A DNA stretch of 64,000 nt from an uncultured Thermoplasmatales archaeon (GCA_964581795.1 CAZOPW010000001.1:8359-72358); one strand, 5' to 3'. Counted from the stretch's first letter, positions 1 through 9,992 are shown. Numbers and translations are program-made. The notes: generated by a model from the letters alone, not told the origin.

Positions 1-1
1 T

Positions 2-1243
2 CTTACTGATGAATCGGATGTTACTATCCAAATTAAAACAAGTAATTCTACAAATCTATCTGTAAGTAAATACTCTGAAAGACCTTCAACAGTAGAACGA
101 AACATTTCAGAATATATAAATCTAGAAAAATATTTTGAAATTACATTAGAAAATCAGTCATTACTGGAATGGATCAATGTTTCATTGTTTTATGATCAAA
201 ATGATTTAAATGATGATATCGATGAAAGTTCGTTAAAAATTTTTTACTGGAACGAAACCACTAAAGAATGGATTAAAGTTTTAAATTGTTCAAACAATGT
301 TTCGAATACAAATGGATACAGTGGATTTGTAAATGCGAATTTATCCCATTTGACTCTTTTTACATTAGGTGGAACCCTTATCCAAGACGAAACAACTCCT
401 CCAACATTACCAACTCTTATTAATTCTTCAAATAACTCCATGTTTTCAATAGCTAATCCAACTCTTAACATTTCATATAATCAAATCGTACCCTGCTTTA
501 CTGCATCATTAAATGGTACAACTTTACCAGTAGAAACAAGTGATAACAAAACATTTTCAGTTTTCGTTAATACTGACCTGAAAAATGGGAATTATAGTTT
601 ACAACTCACTTTAGTAAATGCAACATTAATTAGAACAGACACAATCTACTTTACAATATTTGTGCCTGTAGAAACAAGTCATTCTTCTAGAAGCGTTGAA
701 ATACCTTTATGGGCATGGTATTCTTTTATCCTCTTTTCTGGCAGCTTATTCCTTTGGTATATTGAAATGAAGTTCCATTTTCTTAAAAGAATTATTATTC
801 ATAAAAAACCACTTACTGCCGAAGGAATAAAATCAGCATCTAGACCATCACAAGGATTTGTTAAAGACACGCTACTAACACTTCAGCAATCTATTGAATC
901 AATTGATAAAACTCTTTTCGGAGACTATGACCCATGGGTACAAACAAAGGCAGATATCAATCAAACTATGTATAATATCGATCTATTCACTGAAAAACCG
1001 GACGCATATGTTGGCATTCAACAAAAACTTTTAACAGATGATCAAAATTGTAAAAGAATAGTAAAATTGTTAGAGAAAAATGATTATACTGTGGAACTAA
1101 TCAAGAAAAAGACAAAATTAACAAGTGACGACCTGAGTAATGAATTAACCACACTATTAAAATATGGTCTAATTAAAGAAAAAGAAAAAGATAAGTTTCA
1201 GTTGACAGTACAAGCTCAAAAAATAATGAAAGAAAAAAAATAA
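2..1243 (+). CDS. 5'-truncated surface/membrane protein: sequon-rich extracellular region, single TM helix, cytoplasmic C-terminal winged-helix-like domain
   Basis: Frame 2 is open from window position 2 through the listed ORF, so the CDS continues upstream of the window. Many N-x-S/T sequons. Hydrophobic segment WAWYSFILFSGSLFLWYI followed by a basic stretch. C-terminal region (KRIVKLLEKNDYTVELIKK...LLKYGLIKEK) resembles a wHTH. Confidence 0.45.
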   Translation, partial: LTDESDVTIQIKTSNSTNLSVSKYSERPSTVERNISEYINLEKYFEITLENQSLLEWINVSLFYDQNDLNDDIDESSLKIFYWNETTKEWIKVLNCSNNVSNTNGYSGFVNANLSHLTLFTLGGTLIQDETTPPTLPTLINSSNNSMFSIANPTLNISYNQIVPCFTASLNGTTLPVETSDNKTFSVFVNTDLKNGNYSLQLTLVNATLIRTDTIYFTIFVPVETSHSSRSVEIPLWAWYSFILFSGSLFLWYIEMKFHFLKRIIIHKKPLTAEGIKSASRPSQGFVKDTLLTLQQSIESIDKTLFGDYDPWVQTKADINQTMYNIDLFTEKPDAYVGIQQKLLTDDQNCKRIVKLLEKNDYTVELIKKKTKLTSDDLSNELTTLLKYGLIKEKEKDKFQLTVQAQKIMKEKK

Positions 1244-1260
1244 GTTGATTAGTAATCAAC

Positions 1261-2784
1261 TTAAACTGTTTCTGTTCTTAAGTGATAGTATACATGTGTG
1301 GAATATTTTCCGGCCCATTGACCAAGAGGTATATCACAAGTAAACTCGATGTAATGGCTTTGATCATTTTGACCATTGAATGCTTTTAAAGAATTTGCAG
1401 CATCATCTGTTTCATTATAAAAATTTGGATATAAAGGATCTAAACCATCATCGCCTGCTTCACCAGCATACTTACAAGTACCATTTACTTCATGTGTTTC
1501 ATTTGTCAATGAATTCCCAGTGGTTCCATTACATGTTCCATATAATCCAATCCAGTAGGTTCCAGTTCCTGTATCGCTAAAATTCACCCTACTAGTTCGA
1601 GTTCCACCACGCACCCAAATCGTATTATTATCTAGTATTAGATGAGATGGAGCAGTGTCTAGTGTATAGCTTAGATCTTCAGCTGCTGTGTGTAATAAAT
1701 CATCAATATGCATTACTAAACTGTAATTTCCATTGGATCGAGTGCGAATTGACACATTCTGAGATGTACCACCATTGAATGAATTTGAACTATTTGTTGA
1801 ATATTTCCCACCTGGAGCTCCCTGAATCTCTGCATCACCTGCACTAACGATTTCAGTGTATGAATAAATACCAAATTCATCATTGACCCATGATTTGAAC
1901 GGACCATCAGCATATGTTGATCCATCACCACATTCACCGAAATTTTGAACAGTTACATTTAAATTCCAAGACCATGAGTTATTAAATGCTTCCCAACAAG
2001 TTGTTTCATAATCAAGAATACCCGGTCCATCTGTACTTGGATAACCTCCATCATTTTCAACCGAATAATTAGTCCAGGTATTCCCTGTTCCATCTGGTCC
2101 AGGTGCATATCTGAACTGATAACCTGGTTTAAACTGAAATGTTAAATTATGGGTTTCAGTTGATGAAAGGCCTAGAGTATCACTTACAACTCGTTCAGTA
2201 AAATTACCTTTTGTTAATTCAGTTTGGTTTGTTGGCCACGAAATATTATAATACGGAGTAGTGTTTGATGTGTTATCATAATATAGGAAGAAATTACGAT
2301 TTGATCCATGATTGCCCGAGGTATTATAACCAGTTCCATCGTCATTATCAGTTCCATTGTCATGCCAACCTGTTATATTGATATATTCAATATTATCCCA
2401 GCCTTGATCACTACTAATATTTATGACAAATCGGAGCCAGGTTGCATTATCCACTTCAGTCATATTATTTCTGATTGATACCCAATTATTATCATCATTA
2501 TCTGGAAATGAGGTGTCGTTTTCTGTTTTGACTCCTGTATATCTTTGGATATCATACCATAAAATTCGAGGATATTTACTCTCCACAGTTACATTTAAAT
2601 ACGTGTCATTATGCCAAGCTGAAGCGTTCGTTGAACAATCCTCCCAATTATTCCCTGCTTGCACAATAAACGGTCTTTTCAAAGGCGTGTTTCCAGTAAA
2701 GCTAACAAATGTTGCTGCTATAAGTATAAGGAGAACGAGCGTTGTTATAATCTTTTTTTCCATTATTTTCTTCATATTTTCCAC
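1261..2784 (-). CDS. Secreted, heavily N-glycosylation-sequon-rich cell-surface protein; paralogous to a domain of the 900-aa neighbour
   Basis: N-terminal signal/TM (ITTLVLLILIAATFVSF). More than 30 NxS/T sequons. Shared domain WDNIEYINITGWHDNG... similar to GWSDIDYINIASWYDQG in the 2938..5640 ORF. Hexamer-repeat motif plus TATA upstream. Confidence 0.6.
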   Translation of the reverse strand: MENMKKIMEKKIITTLVLLILIAATFVSFTGNTPLKRPFIVQAGNNWEDCSTNASAWHNDTYLNVTVESKYPRILWYDIQRYTGVKTENDTSFPDNDDNNWVSIRNNMTEVDNATWLRFVINISSDQGWDNIEYINITGWHDNGTDNDDGTGYNTSGNHGSNRNFFLYYDNTSNTTPYYNISWPTNQTELTKGNFTERVVSDTLGLSSTETHNLTFQFKPGYQFRYAPGPDGTGNTWTNYSVENDGGYPSTDGPGILDYETTCWEAFNNSWSWNLNVTVQNFGECGDGSTYADGPFKSWVNDEFGIYSYTEIVSAGDAEIQGAPGGKYSTNSSNSFNGGTSQNVSIRTRSNGNYSLVMHIDDLLHTAAEDLSYTLDTAPSHLILDNNTIWVRGGTRTSRVNFSDTGTGTYWIGLYGTCNGTTGNSLTNETHEVNGTCKYAGEAGDDGLDPLYPNFYNETDDAANSLKAFNGQNDQSHYIEFTCDIPLGQWAGKYSTHVYYHLRTETV

Positions 2785-2873
2785 ATCCCATCCGCGAGTG
2801 ATATATTATTTTCATCCCAATTACTACTTTATACGAAAAAGCAAACGCTATCATTTCTTTTATACCTTTTTTG

Positions 2874-2903
2874 TAGGTGCATATCCTTATACATGTGCAG
2901 GTA
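2874..2903. promoter_or_regulatory. Hexamer array (TAGGTG CATATC CTTATA CATGTG CAGGTA) abutting TATA (AAAGGTATAAAAG on gene strand) of the 507-aa surface-protein gene
   Basis: Same repeat family; located ~90-120 nt upstream of the 2784 start codon on the opposite strand. Confidence 0.45.
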
Positions 2904-2937
2904 ATAATACAAAAAAAGTAGAAAAATATATAATTTT

Positions 2938-5640
2938 TTAGATACGTTCAATTTTTTTAATAATTCTTGATGAATATGTCCCCCATGTGCCATAAGGTAT
3001 TGAAATCTGAAATTGTACACTTACTGAATCACTCGTTCCCTGACTTGAGGCACTTCTATTCTGTAAAAGAACAATGGCATGTTGTTCTCCACAACCAGCA
3101 AATGTTGTGTTGACAAGAAGATCATCATCAACATCTGCTTCTTTCAAAAGACTAAGATTTCCACCAATCCCTATCTCGTCTGGTCCATTATTTTGAGTGA
3201 GATTATCCACAAAATATATCTTTAATCTAAAATCTGCGTTACTAATAAAATCAATCGTAAATATGTTTGATACTTCATTCATCCCTGGTGCTCCAGTTAT
3301 TTCTATTAATTCTGGTGCTTTTAGAGCTGAGTAATAATTTATACCATATTCATCCAGATAATAATTATAATTTGAAAGGTTATCATAAATTGTACAATTC
3401 AAATTCCATGAATAAGGATCATTATAACTATTTTCAGTATTATTCCATGATTCATTACTTGTTGCACAATGTGTTTGATTTCCAGGTATGAATGAAATAT
3501 TGATAATCCGAGTAGTTTGATTAATGATTTTTTCGGAGCAATTAGTTAGTTGTAGGGTTGATTCATCATCAGGCCATATCATAGTAAACTGACCTGTACC
3601 AGTCGTATTTTTGTATTGGAGGAACATATTATAATTTTCACCTGTAGTTTGGTTATATTCTGAAGTATCATCACCTTGATCGTACCAACTGGCGATATTT
3701 ATATAATCAATATCCGACCACCCATTTCGATCAGTAACATTAATTAAAAAAATATACTCCTTTCCTACATCAAGACAGCCTGTTTGATTATTCAATTTAC
3801 TCCCAGAATTATTCTGTAAATCAAATGAATTAATAACCGGATCAAACTGATGAATAGCAAATGAGAAAGTTTCATTAGTCCAATGCGTTCCATCTGTTAC
3901 ATTTATACTCCACCAATACTTGTGATCAAAAAGAGTTGCCCAAGAAGTATTTGTTACCTGATAAGTTCCATCATTAACTCCGTTTCCAGTTCCATTCGTC
4001 ACATTGAATGTTTCCCAGGTTCCTGATTGATTAGTTCTCCAAGTAATATTCATCAACTCAGGATTTGGATCAAAGATTGTTATCTCAAAGTAAGCTGGTT
4101 TTTTTGGAGTGAAAAAATCTTCATCTGATGGTGATGGATTACTAACTGTTGGAGCTGCACTTTCTTCTTTTTCAAGTTTAATAAAATTGCTTTGGTTAAA
4201 TATTGTGTTATATGAAGTTTTTATCCATGATTGATTTCTTTTCAATGTTGAAAGTCTTAACTCATCAAGTCTTCCCTCAAAAAAATTATCAGGGCTTTCA
4301 CCCTCTTCACCAATTGTAAGGTTATCATTTCCAATGATCGAAATATTACCATATGAAGGCGTTGTTTTGAAGGATTGCTCACCATTGATGTATACACTAA
4401 GATTTGTTCCATTCCCAACTCCAGCTACATGAATCCATGTATCCTGTATAATGGTATTATTAAAAGACTCTGCTATCTTAAATTCTCCATCATGAACAGC
4501 AAACTTGATATTATTCGTAGAAGATTCAAATTTGAGAACATACTGATGCTTTCCGGTTCCTTGCCATCGCCCTATAATGCCTCCATCATGAGTTAAATCC
4601 TGTACATTAATCCATGCAGATAATGTCAATTCATTACCTGTGCCACTGAAATTCAAAGTTGAATCGTATGGAATCAAGATTGAGTCATTATTGCCATCAA
4701 AATCAAATCCACCATTTACAACTGCATCAATATCATCATTTATATCCATACCAGAAGTGGTTCCATTGTTTTTATTTTTTGTACTATCACTAATATCTCC
4801 AACTCCTCCATCAATATCTTCTTCCTCCAAATGATGAATCATTACAAAATTATCATCCCATACCATAGATGGATTTTCTTGAATGCTACTATCGCTATTA
4901 TTATAATACATCCATATACTCGTATTTTCAATTGAACTTAATCTTGGAATTTTTACCCAAGCCGTAAGATTTCCTTCCGAATAGGTTTCGATTTCATGAG
5001 AATATTTTGTTGTATTGTCACTATATGAGACAAACGCTATATCATGACCGTCATTTTCTGCTTTTTGATTTAAATCAGAATCAGATATGTTTATTAAAAC
5101 AGGAAAATCTATGAGGGTACTTTGAACTTGGCTTTTATTTATCTCTATTTTTTTTCTAAAACCCCAATTATTATTCCACCAGTTAGTTGCATCATTATAG
5201 GCATATACCGTTTTGTTTCCAAAAGTAAATTCGAGAACATGTTTTCCAAGAGTATTTACCTTTGATATCTCATATACATCCATTGAAGAACTAAAATTTT
5301 TAATGATGACACAATCATCTTTCCAAAGAGTATCAAAAGTTTCTTTTTCATTTCTTATTGAATTAAAAAGGAGATCACAGGTAGAACATTTATGTTTACT
5401 CCAAGTAGTGCCTTCCACAGCTCGAATTGAAAGATCCGCGGTTCCTTCGACCGTAAATGTAACTGTCCAATAGCCACCTTTTTTTGGATAACTTTGAATA
5501 TTTATTATTCGAATTGAAGGTTTTATTTCCTCAGCCTGGGTTGAAAAAAATGATGGAGAAACATAAAAATGAATTGAAAGACTAAGCAAACTGAAAAATG
5601 CTAGTACACAAACGATTTTGTTAACCCATCGTTTTTCCAT
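2938..5640 (-). CDS. Large secreted surface protein with concanavalin-A/LamG-like lectin domain and sequon-rich repeats
   Basis: Signal peptide (IVCVLAFFSLLSLSIHF). LamG-like signature region DGNNDSILIPYDSTLNFSGTGNELTLSAWINVQDLTHDGGIIGRW. Many NxS/T sequons. C-terminal part paralogous to the 507-aa neighbour. Confidence 0.6.
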   Translation of the reverse strand: MEKRWVNKIVCVLAFFSLLSLSIHFYVSPSFFSTQAEEIKPSIRIINIQSYPKKGGYWTVTFTVEGTADLSIRAVEGTTWSKHKCSTCDLLFNSIRNEKETFDTLWKDDCVIIKNFSSSMDVYEISKVNTLGKHVLEFTFGNKTVYAYNDATNWWNNNWGFRKKIEINKSQVQSTLIDFPVLINISDSDLNQKAENDGHDIAFVSYSDNTTKYSHEIETYSEGNLTAWVKIPRLSSIENTSIWMYYNNSDSSIQENPSMVWDDNFVMIHHLEEEDIDGGVGDISDSTKNKNNGTTSGMDINDDIDAVVNGGFDFDGNNDSILIPYDSTLNFSGTGNELTLSAWINVQDLTHDGGIIGRWQGTGKHQYVLKFESSTNNIKFAVHDGEFKIAESFNNTIIQDTWIHVAGVGNGTNLSVYINGEQSFKTTPSYGNISIIGNDNLTIGEEGESPDNFFEGRLDELRLSTLKRNQSWIKTSYNTIFNQSNFIKLEKEESAAPTVSNPSPSDEDFFTPKKPAYFEITIFDPNPELMNITWRTNQSGTWETFNVTNGTGNGVNDGTYQVTNTSWATLFDHKYWWSINVTDGTHWTNETFSFAIHQFDPVINSFDLQNNSGSKLNNQTGCLDVGKEYIFLINVTDRNGWSDIDYINIASWYDQGDDTSEYNQTTGENYNMFLQYKNTTGTGQFTMIWPDDESTLQLTNCSEKIINQTTRIINISFIPGNQTHCATSNESWNNTENSYNDPYSWNLNCTIYDNLSNYNYYLDEYGINYYSALKAPELIEITGAPGMNEVSNIFTIDFISNADFRLKIYFVDNLTQNNGPDEIGIGGNLSLLKEADVDDDLLVNTTFAGCGEQHAIVLLQNRSASSQGTSDSVSVQFQISIPYGTWGTYSSRIIKKIERI

Positions 5641-5859
5641 CTTAATCCACCAATGATATTCATTTTTGCGAGGAGGATTATGTAAAAATCAATAATGACC
5701 AGTACAATAGGGTCGTCAATAAAATCTTCCAGTTAACACTGTTTACATTGAGTAACAATTACTAATTGGTTGTACCCATCTAAACCCATCCTCGTTAAGA
5801 ACTCAATTGGTGCTAGATTATTTAAACCTTACGTCAAAATATATTGTAAATAAAAAAAA

Positions 5860-7641
5860 TTAAACTTCATTAAATGTTGCAATTTCAGCTCTTTCACCCT
5901 GAAAATCACCTGTTTTTACATTTACTTTAACTGGTATCTCATTTTCTTCCTTTGAAAGAAAAACGGTATGATATGAAGCGTCATCAACACCTTTTAACCG
6001 ATTCATATAATGTTGTTCTACACCTGGTAAGCCAGAGGGCCCAACAAAATCAACCAAGTGTTTCCCAACTAGTTCATCTTCAGAATAGCCCAGCATTTGG
6101 GCAAATCGTTTATTAGCCTTTTTAATGCGCCCACGTTGGAGAACTGCAGCTTCTACAGTTAAAGAATTAAACAAATCATCTTTTTCTAAAATGCCTTCAT
6201 CTTTTTCAGATTCGGGGTTTTCTTGTTCAGGTTGATGTGTGTAGGAGGCGGGTTGTTCTAATTCATGTGTTAAAACTTTGTCATATTGTTCATTGAGAAA
6301 TGCTTCCTGTTCTGAAAGAAATTGCCTTCTTTTTTCAATTTCTTCCTCAAGTTTTTCTAGTTTTTCTCGCCAGGTGATAAATTCCTCAATTTTATGTTTA
6401 AATTCCTTTTTTTCTAGAATCATATCCGCTTCAAGTTGTTCGAGTTTGTGTTTTCTATCTGATAATTGCTGCATCATTTGTTGAAATTCTTCTCGCTTTT
6501 TTTTAATCGCTACACTGTCTCTAATAAATCTGAATTTGGAATTGAAAAAGGTTTTAATTTCATTTCTTTTAAATTGAGCGTAACTTAGTTTTTTCTCAAG
6601 TTTATCATTTTCTTTTTTTAATTTTTTATTTTCTTTTTTAAGTTTCTTTATTGTATCTTTTAAAGAATTTGAAGTTTCTTTTTTCTTTTTATCTTTCTTT
6701 AATCCTTTTTTACCATCTGATAAATTTTCTTTTTTTACTAAACGGGGGAGAAGAAATCGGTTCTTTGATTTTTCTTTATTTTTTGGTAAAAGAGTTGAAA
6801 ATCGATTTTTAATATCTAGGTTTGTTTTCTTCGTTGATTCTTCAGATATTTCATTATTAGATTGATCTAATTCCTCTTTAGTTGATTCTGTTGATTTATC
6901 ACTTGATTTTTCTTTGTTTGTTTTTGATTTTTTTGTTCTTTTTTTAATTTTAATTTTTTTCTTTGTTTTTTTTGCTGAATGGTTGTTGGATGTTTCTTTT
7001 TTCTTCCTGTTTGATGATTTTGAAGTTTTTTTAGGTTTCTCTTTGCTTTCTGTTTTTTCCTTTTTAGATGATTTTATCTTATCGCTTTTTTGGTTTGATG
7101 AATTTTCGATATCCTTTTTGGGATGATCATTTGTGCTTTTTTCTTCTTTTTGCTCCTTTTGAGATGTTTTCTGTTTTCTATCTTTATTTGTTGAAGAGGG
7201 GTTTTTTTTAGATAAAGTCGATTTTTTTTTCGGATTTGATTTCTTTTCTTCAGCTGTATTAACATCATTCAATGGAGTACCAACAAGATTCAATTGAGAT
7301 ACTCTACCATCCTCTTCGTTTTTTATTGGAAAGCCGGTCCAAGAAACCACCATTTTTTCTCCATGTGCAGTTTGAAAAGAAGTATCTATATCTACAGAAT
7401 CAGGACTGAATCGAGCTTGGTTAACAAGTTTTTGAAGTTCTTCTGCTGGTATTTGCTTAGAAAAATAAGTTGAAAATGGAACGTCAAGGACCTCTTTTTT
7501 TGATGACCCTGTGAGTTGCTCTAATGTGTCATTAAATCGTGTGATATTCCCTTTTTTATCGATTCCTACAACTAAAGTTGATCCCTGATGTAATGGATCA
7601 GTGTCACGTATGTAAATAGGCCTCTCCATCTTTCTGTTCAT
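5860..7641 (-). CDS. Dual PAS-domain protein with ~230-aa lysine/serine/glutamate-rich low-complexity linker and coiled-coil segment
   Basis: N-terminal PAS-like region (LVVGIDKKGNITRFNDTLEQLTGSSKKEVLD...). Central KKxK-rich disordered region. Heptad-like LKKENKKLKKENDKLEKKL. C-terminal PAS-like region (GRIKKANKRFAQMLGYSEDELVGKHLVDFV). Divergent from the flaC operon. Confidence 0.6.
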   Translation of the reverse strand: MNRKMERPIYIRDTDPLHQGSTLVVGIDKKGNITRFNDTLEQLTGSSKKEVLDVPFSTYFSKQIPAEELQKLVNQARFSPDSVDIDTSFQTAHGEKMVVSWTGFPIKNEEDGRVSQLNLVGTPLNDVNTAEEKKSNPKKKSTLSKKNPSSTNKDRKQKTSQKEQKEEKSTNDHPKKDIENSSNQKSDKIKSSKKEKTESKEKPKKTSKSSNRKKKETSNNHSAKKTKKKIKIKKRTKKSKTNKEKSSDKSTESTKEELDQSNNEISEESTKKTNLDIKNRFSTLLPKNKEKSKNRFLLPRLVKKENLSDGKKGLKKDKKKKETSNSLKDTIKKLKKENKKLKKENDKLEKKLSYAQFKRNEIKTFFNSKFRFIRDSVAIKKKREEFQQMMQQLSDRKHKLEQLEADMILEKKEFKHKIEEFITWREKLEKLEEEIEKRRQFLSEQEAFLNEQYDKVLTHELEQPASYTHQPEQENPESEKDEGILEKDDLFNSLTVEAAVLQRGRIKKANKRFAQMLGYSEDELVGKHLVDFVGPSGLPGVEQHYMNRLKGVDDASYHTVFLSKEENEIPVKVNVKTGDFQGERAEIATFNEV

Positions 7642-7767
7642 ACTCGTTTTCGTTAAAATTTCCCTATCCGTTTTCAGGTATACTCAATTTAATACTTATT
7701 TTAATACTTTTTGTTATTATGTGAGTCAAAGTTCCAATTTCATTTACTTAATAATGTTTTTATAGGG

Positions 7768-7791
7768 GATATGTATTAGTTTATGCAGGTG
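7768..7791. promoter_or_regulatory. Tandem hexamer array (GATATG TATTAG TTTATG CAGGTG) upstream of flaC operon; followed by conserved AGGAGGGGTA leader/SD element
   Basis: Same 6-bp periodic NANNTG/CANNTG repeat family found at six other promoters in the window. Confidence 0.5.
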
Positions 7792-7824
7792 GATCGCTAG
7801 GAGGGGTATCCGATTAAGCTAAAG

Positions 7825-8574
7825 ATGGGAAAATCTGATAGTGCATCAGCTGACACTTCTGACAAGGAGAAAGAAGCACCAACTGAAGATGCTTCAAAGG
7901 CTGATAAGAATGCTGAACAACCTGAAGAGGATGTTGAAAATCTTCGTAAAGTGATAAAGCTTAATGATAATGCTAACGAAGATAAGAAATCTGATGAATC
8001 AAAAAAAGACAACGAGCAAGACGAAGATGATGTAGATGGAATTGATGATTTAGTTGAAGAAGCTGAGGAAGAAGGAACTGCAGCTCCTGCATCAACACGA
8101 GAGGAACTTGAACAAAAAAGAGCGATTTTACAACGTATTAAGGATTTTGATTTTCAAATTAAAAAGAACCAACAAGATATTAATGCTGTAGGTGAAAAAA
8201 TAGCAGCATTATCAAAGGATTTGGATGATCTTGTCAGTTTATATGAAATTGTTTCTGAACAAATGAATCCTTTTGTCGGTCTATCTAAGGTTACGAAAAA
8301 AAGATTGGAATCATTGGAGAATATTACAAATGAAGTTGATACGTTAAAAGAAAAACTATCAACAATCGAGGCAGGTGGTTCTATTCAAACTTTAAAACAA
8401 GAACAACCTTCGACCATCGAACCAAGCTTTGAAATGGATTTATCCGATCAGGAGATGGAAAGAATTATTGAACTGTCATTTTCAGAACTAAATCCTGAAT
8501 TAAAGGTTGAAACCACAATTGATGATGCAATTGATGTTTTTATCGAAAATTTAAAAGCCGGGAAGGTAAATTAG
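7825..8574 (+). CDS. flaC: Archaellum accessory protein FlaC-like (acidic coiled-coil)
   Basis: First gene of the flaCDEFGHIJ-type operon. Very acidic N-terminus and coiled-coil region. Synteny with flaD/E, flaF, flaG, flaH, flaI, flaJ. Confidence 0.6.
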   Translation: MGKSDSASADTSDKEKEAPTEDASKADKNAEQPEEDVENLRKVIKLNDNANEDKKSDESKKDNEQDEDDVDGIDDLVEEAEEEGTAAPASTREELEQKRAILQRIKDFDFQIKKNQQDINAVGEKIAALSKDLDDLVSLYEIVSEQMNPFVGLSKVTKKRLESLENITNEVDTLKEKLSTIEAGGSIQTLKQEQPSTIEPSFEMDLSDQEMERIIELSFSELNPELKVETTIDDAIDVFIENLKAGKVN

Positions 8575-8584
8575 GTATTGGATT

Positions 8585-9475
8585 ATGAGTGAGGATAAAA
8601 AGGAAGGTGGACAGCCTGATGCTACTGATTTTGATTTACAATTAGAATTATCTTCTTTAGTAGCAGACCAAGTTATTCCACAGTCTATTGCTGAGAAGCT
8701 TGAAAAAAAACTTGTTGAAAAACAAGTTGATATTACAAAAGATCAATTATATGCACTTGCTGAGAAAATCCATAATTTAATTCAAACGTATAAAGAAAAA
8801 GGTTCTTTACCTGAACCAACTAGTTCTACAGATTCTGTTAAACCTAATAAACAACAAGATAATGATTCAAATGATGAATCAAAAGATTCATCTTCATCTC
8901 GCTTTGAGGGGGAGATAGATGATGAAACTATTGAAGGATTTATGAGCAAGATTGGACAATTACAACAAAAAATCGATGAATTAGAACAACAAGGTATACA
9001 AGGTGAAGTAACTGATAAAAATCAGCCTTCATCATATAATGATATTAATCTACCGTATAATGAGCCTATTTCGACAAGTCATTTAATTACGGATCCATTG
9101 CAAAATATTCCATCTAATCCAGAGAGTATTATCGTATTAATGAACTGGCTTCAATATCTGGTGAATAGATGTGGTCATGATAATTTAGCTAATGTTTTAG
9201 ATTATTATGTTGAAGTTGATTGGATAACAGACGATGTTAAAATTAGTTTACTCGAATATGCTACAGGTATTACAGAGGGGAATAATTTAAAATCCGATAC
9301 TTCAAATAAAGGTGATGGGAAAAGTTCTAATCTTCATTCTAAAGATCATATTCAATCATATTTATACATTCAACGTCTAAAAGGAAAGAAATTTGAAAAA
9401 CATTTTGTAGAGAGAATTAATGGGGAACTTGCTCGTATTGAAAAAAAGGTTGACACCTATCATCATACACAATAA
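8585..9475 (+). CDS. flaD: Archaellum accessory protein FlaD/FlaE family
   Basis: C-terminal conserved FlaD/E-type domain (IIVLMNWLQYLVNRCGHDNLANVLDYYVEVDWITDDVKISLLEYATGI). Position between flaC and flaF. Confidence 0.65.
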   Translation: MSEDKKEGGQPDATDFDLQLELSSLVADQVIPQSIAEKLEKKLVEKQVDITKDQLYALAEKIHNLIQTYKEKGSLPEPTSSTDSVKPNKQQDNDSNDESKDSSSSRFEGEIDDETIEGFMSKIGQLQQKIDELEQQGIQGEVTDKNQPSSYNDINLPYNEPISTSHLITDPLQNIPSNPESIIVLMNWLQYLVNRCGHDNLANVLDYYVEVDWITDDVKISLLEYATGITEGNNLKSDTSNKGDGKSSNLHSKDHIQSYLYIQRLKGKKFEKHFVERINGELARIEKKVDTYHHTQ

Positions 9476-9566
9476 AAAAAATTTACTAATAATCTAGAAT
9501 TCTCTTCCTATATTGGCGTTGATTTCCTTTAAGGCTAGACTAATAATCAAAAGGATTGGTGAGCAC

Positions 9567-9992
9567 ATGGGGTTTTCAATTTCAGCAACAGCTGCAATTA
9601 TTGGAGTATCATTTCTTATGATACTTGAGATTTCAATGGGAACCCTCTTTCCAGTGATCACTAATATTGATGAAAGTTATGATAACATGAGAGAACGTGC
9701 GATTAATGAACTACAAACAGACATAGAAATACATAATATAAGTGTCCAGGCCAATAGTTCTCTTCATGATCTTTCAATTCAGGTTAAAAATACTGGTTCA
9801 ACAACAATAAAAGTATCGAATGTTGACTTATTGATCAATGGGACGTTATCTTCATTTACCTGTTCTAATCAATATTGGTTTCCTGAAAATACGTACGAAT
9901 TATCAGTTTATGGTTTATCTGGTTCGGGTTTAAAAAAAGTTAAAATAATTACATATAATGGAATTAGTGACTATGATACATATTCAACATAA
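9567..9992 (+). CDS. flaF: Archaellum protein FlaF (N-terminal TM helix + beta-rich domain); ORF track start 9513 likely too far upstream
   Basis: Internal Met at 9567 gives an N-terminus MGFSISATAAIIGV that parallels the MGFSVTGSHVV start of the next gene. Single N-terminal hydrophobic helix. Operon position (F before G in euryarchaeal fla operons). Confidence 0.6.
   Translation: MGFSISATAAIIGVSFLMILEISMGTLFPVITNIDESYDNMRERAINELQTDIEIHNISVQANSSLHDLSIQVKNTGSTTIKVSNVDLLINGTLSSFTCSNQYWFPENTYELSVYGLSGSGLKKVKIITYNGISDYDTYST

Noticed and set aside
244-471. Numerous 60-100 codon ORFs antisense to or overlapping large genes (e.g. 244..471, 1380..1580, 3267..3491, 6914..7126, 18182..18445, 32671..33036, 45069..45419, 45516..45812, 62442..62687)
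   Set aside because: They lie entirely inside well-supported longer CDSs on the opposite strand or in another frame and have low-complexity or frame-shadow composition. They were treated as spurious.
9513-9566. Upstream extension of flaF (ORF-track start 9513) as real coding sequence
   Set aside because: The internal Met at 9567 gives an N-terminus homologous to the start of the adjacent flaG (MGFS...). The 18-codon extension is basic and not hydrophobic, so it is probably an ORF-calling artefact.
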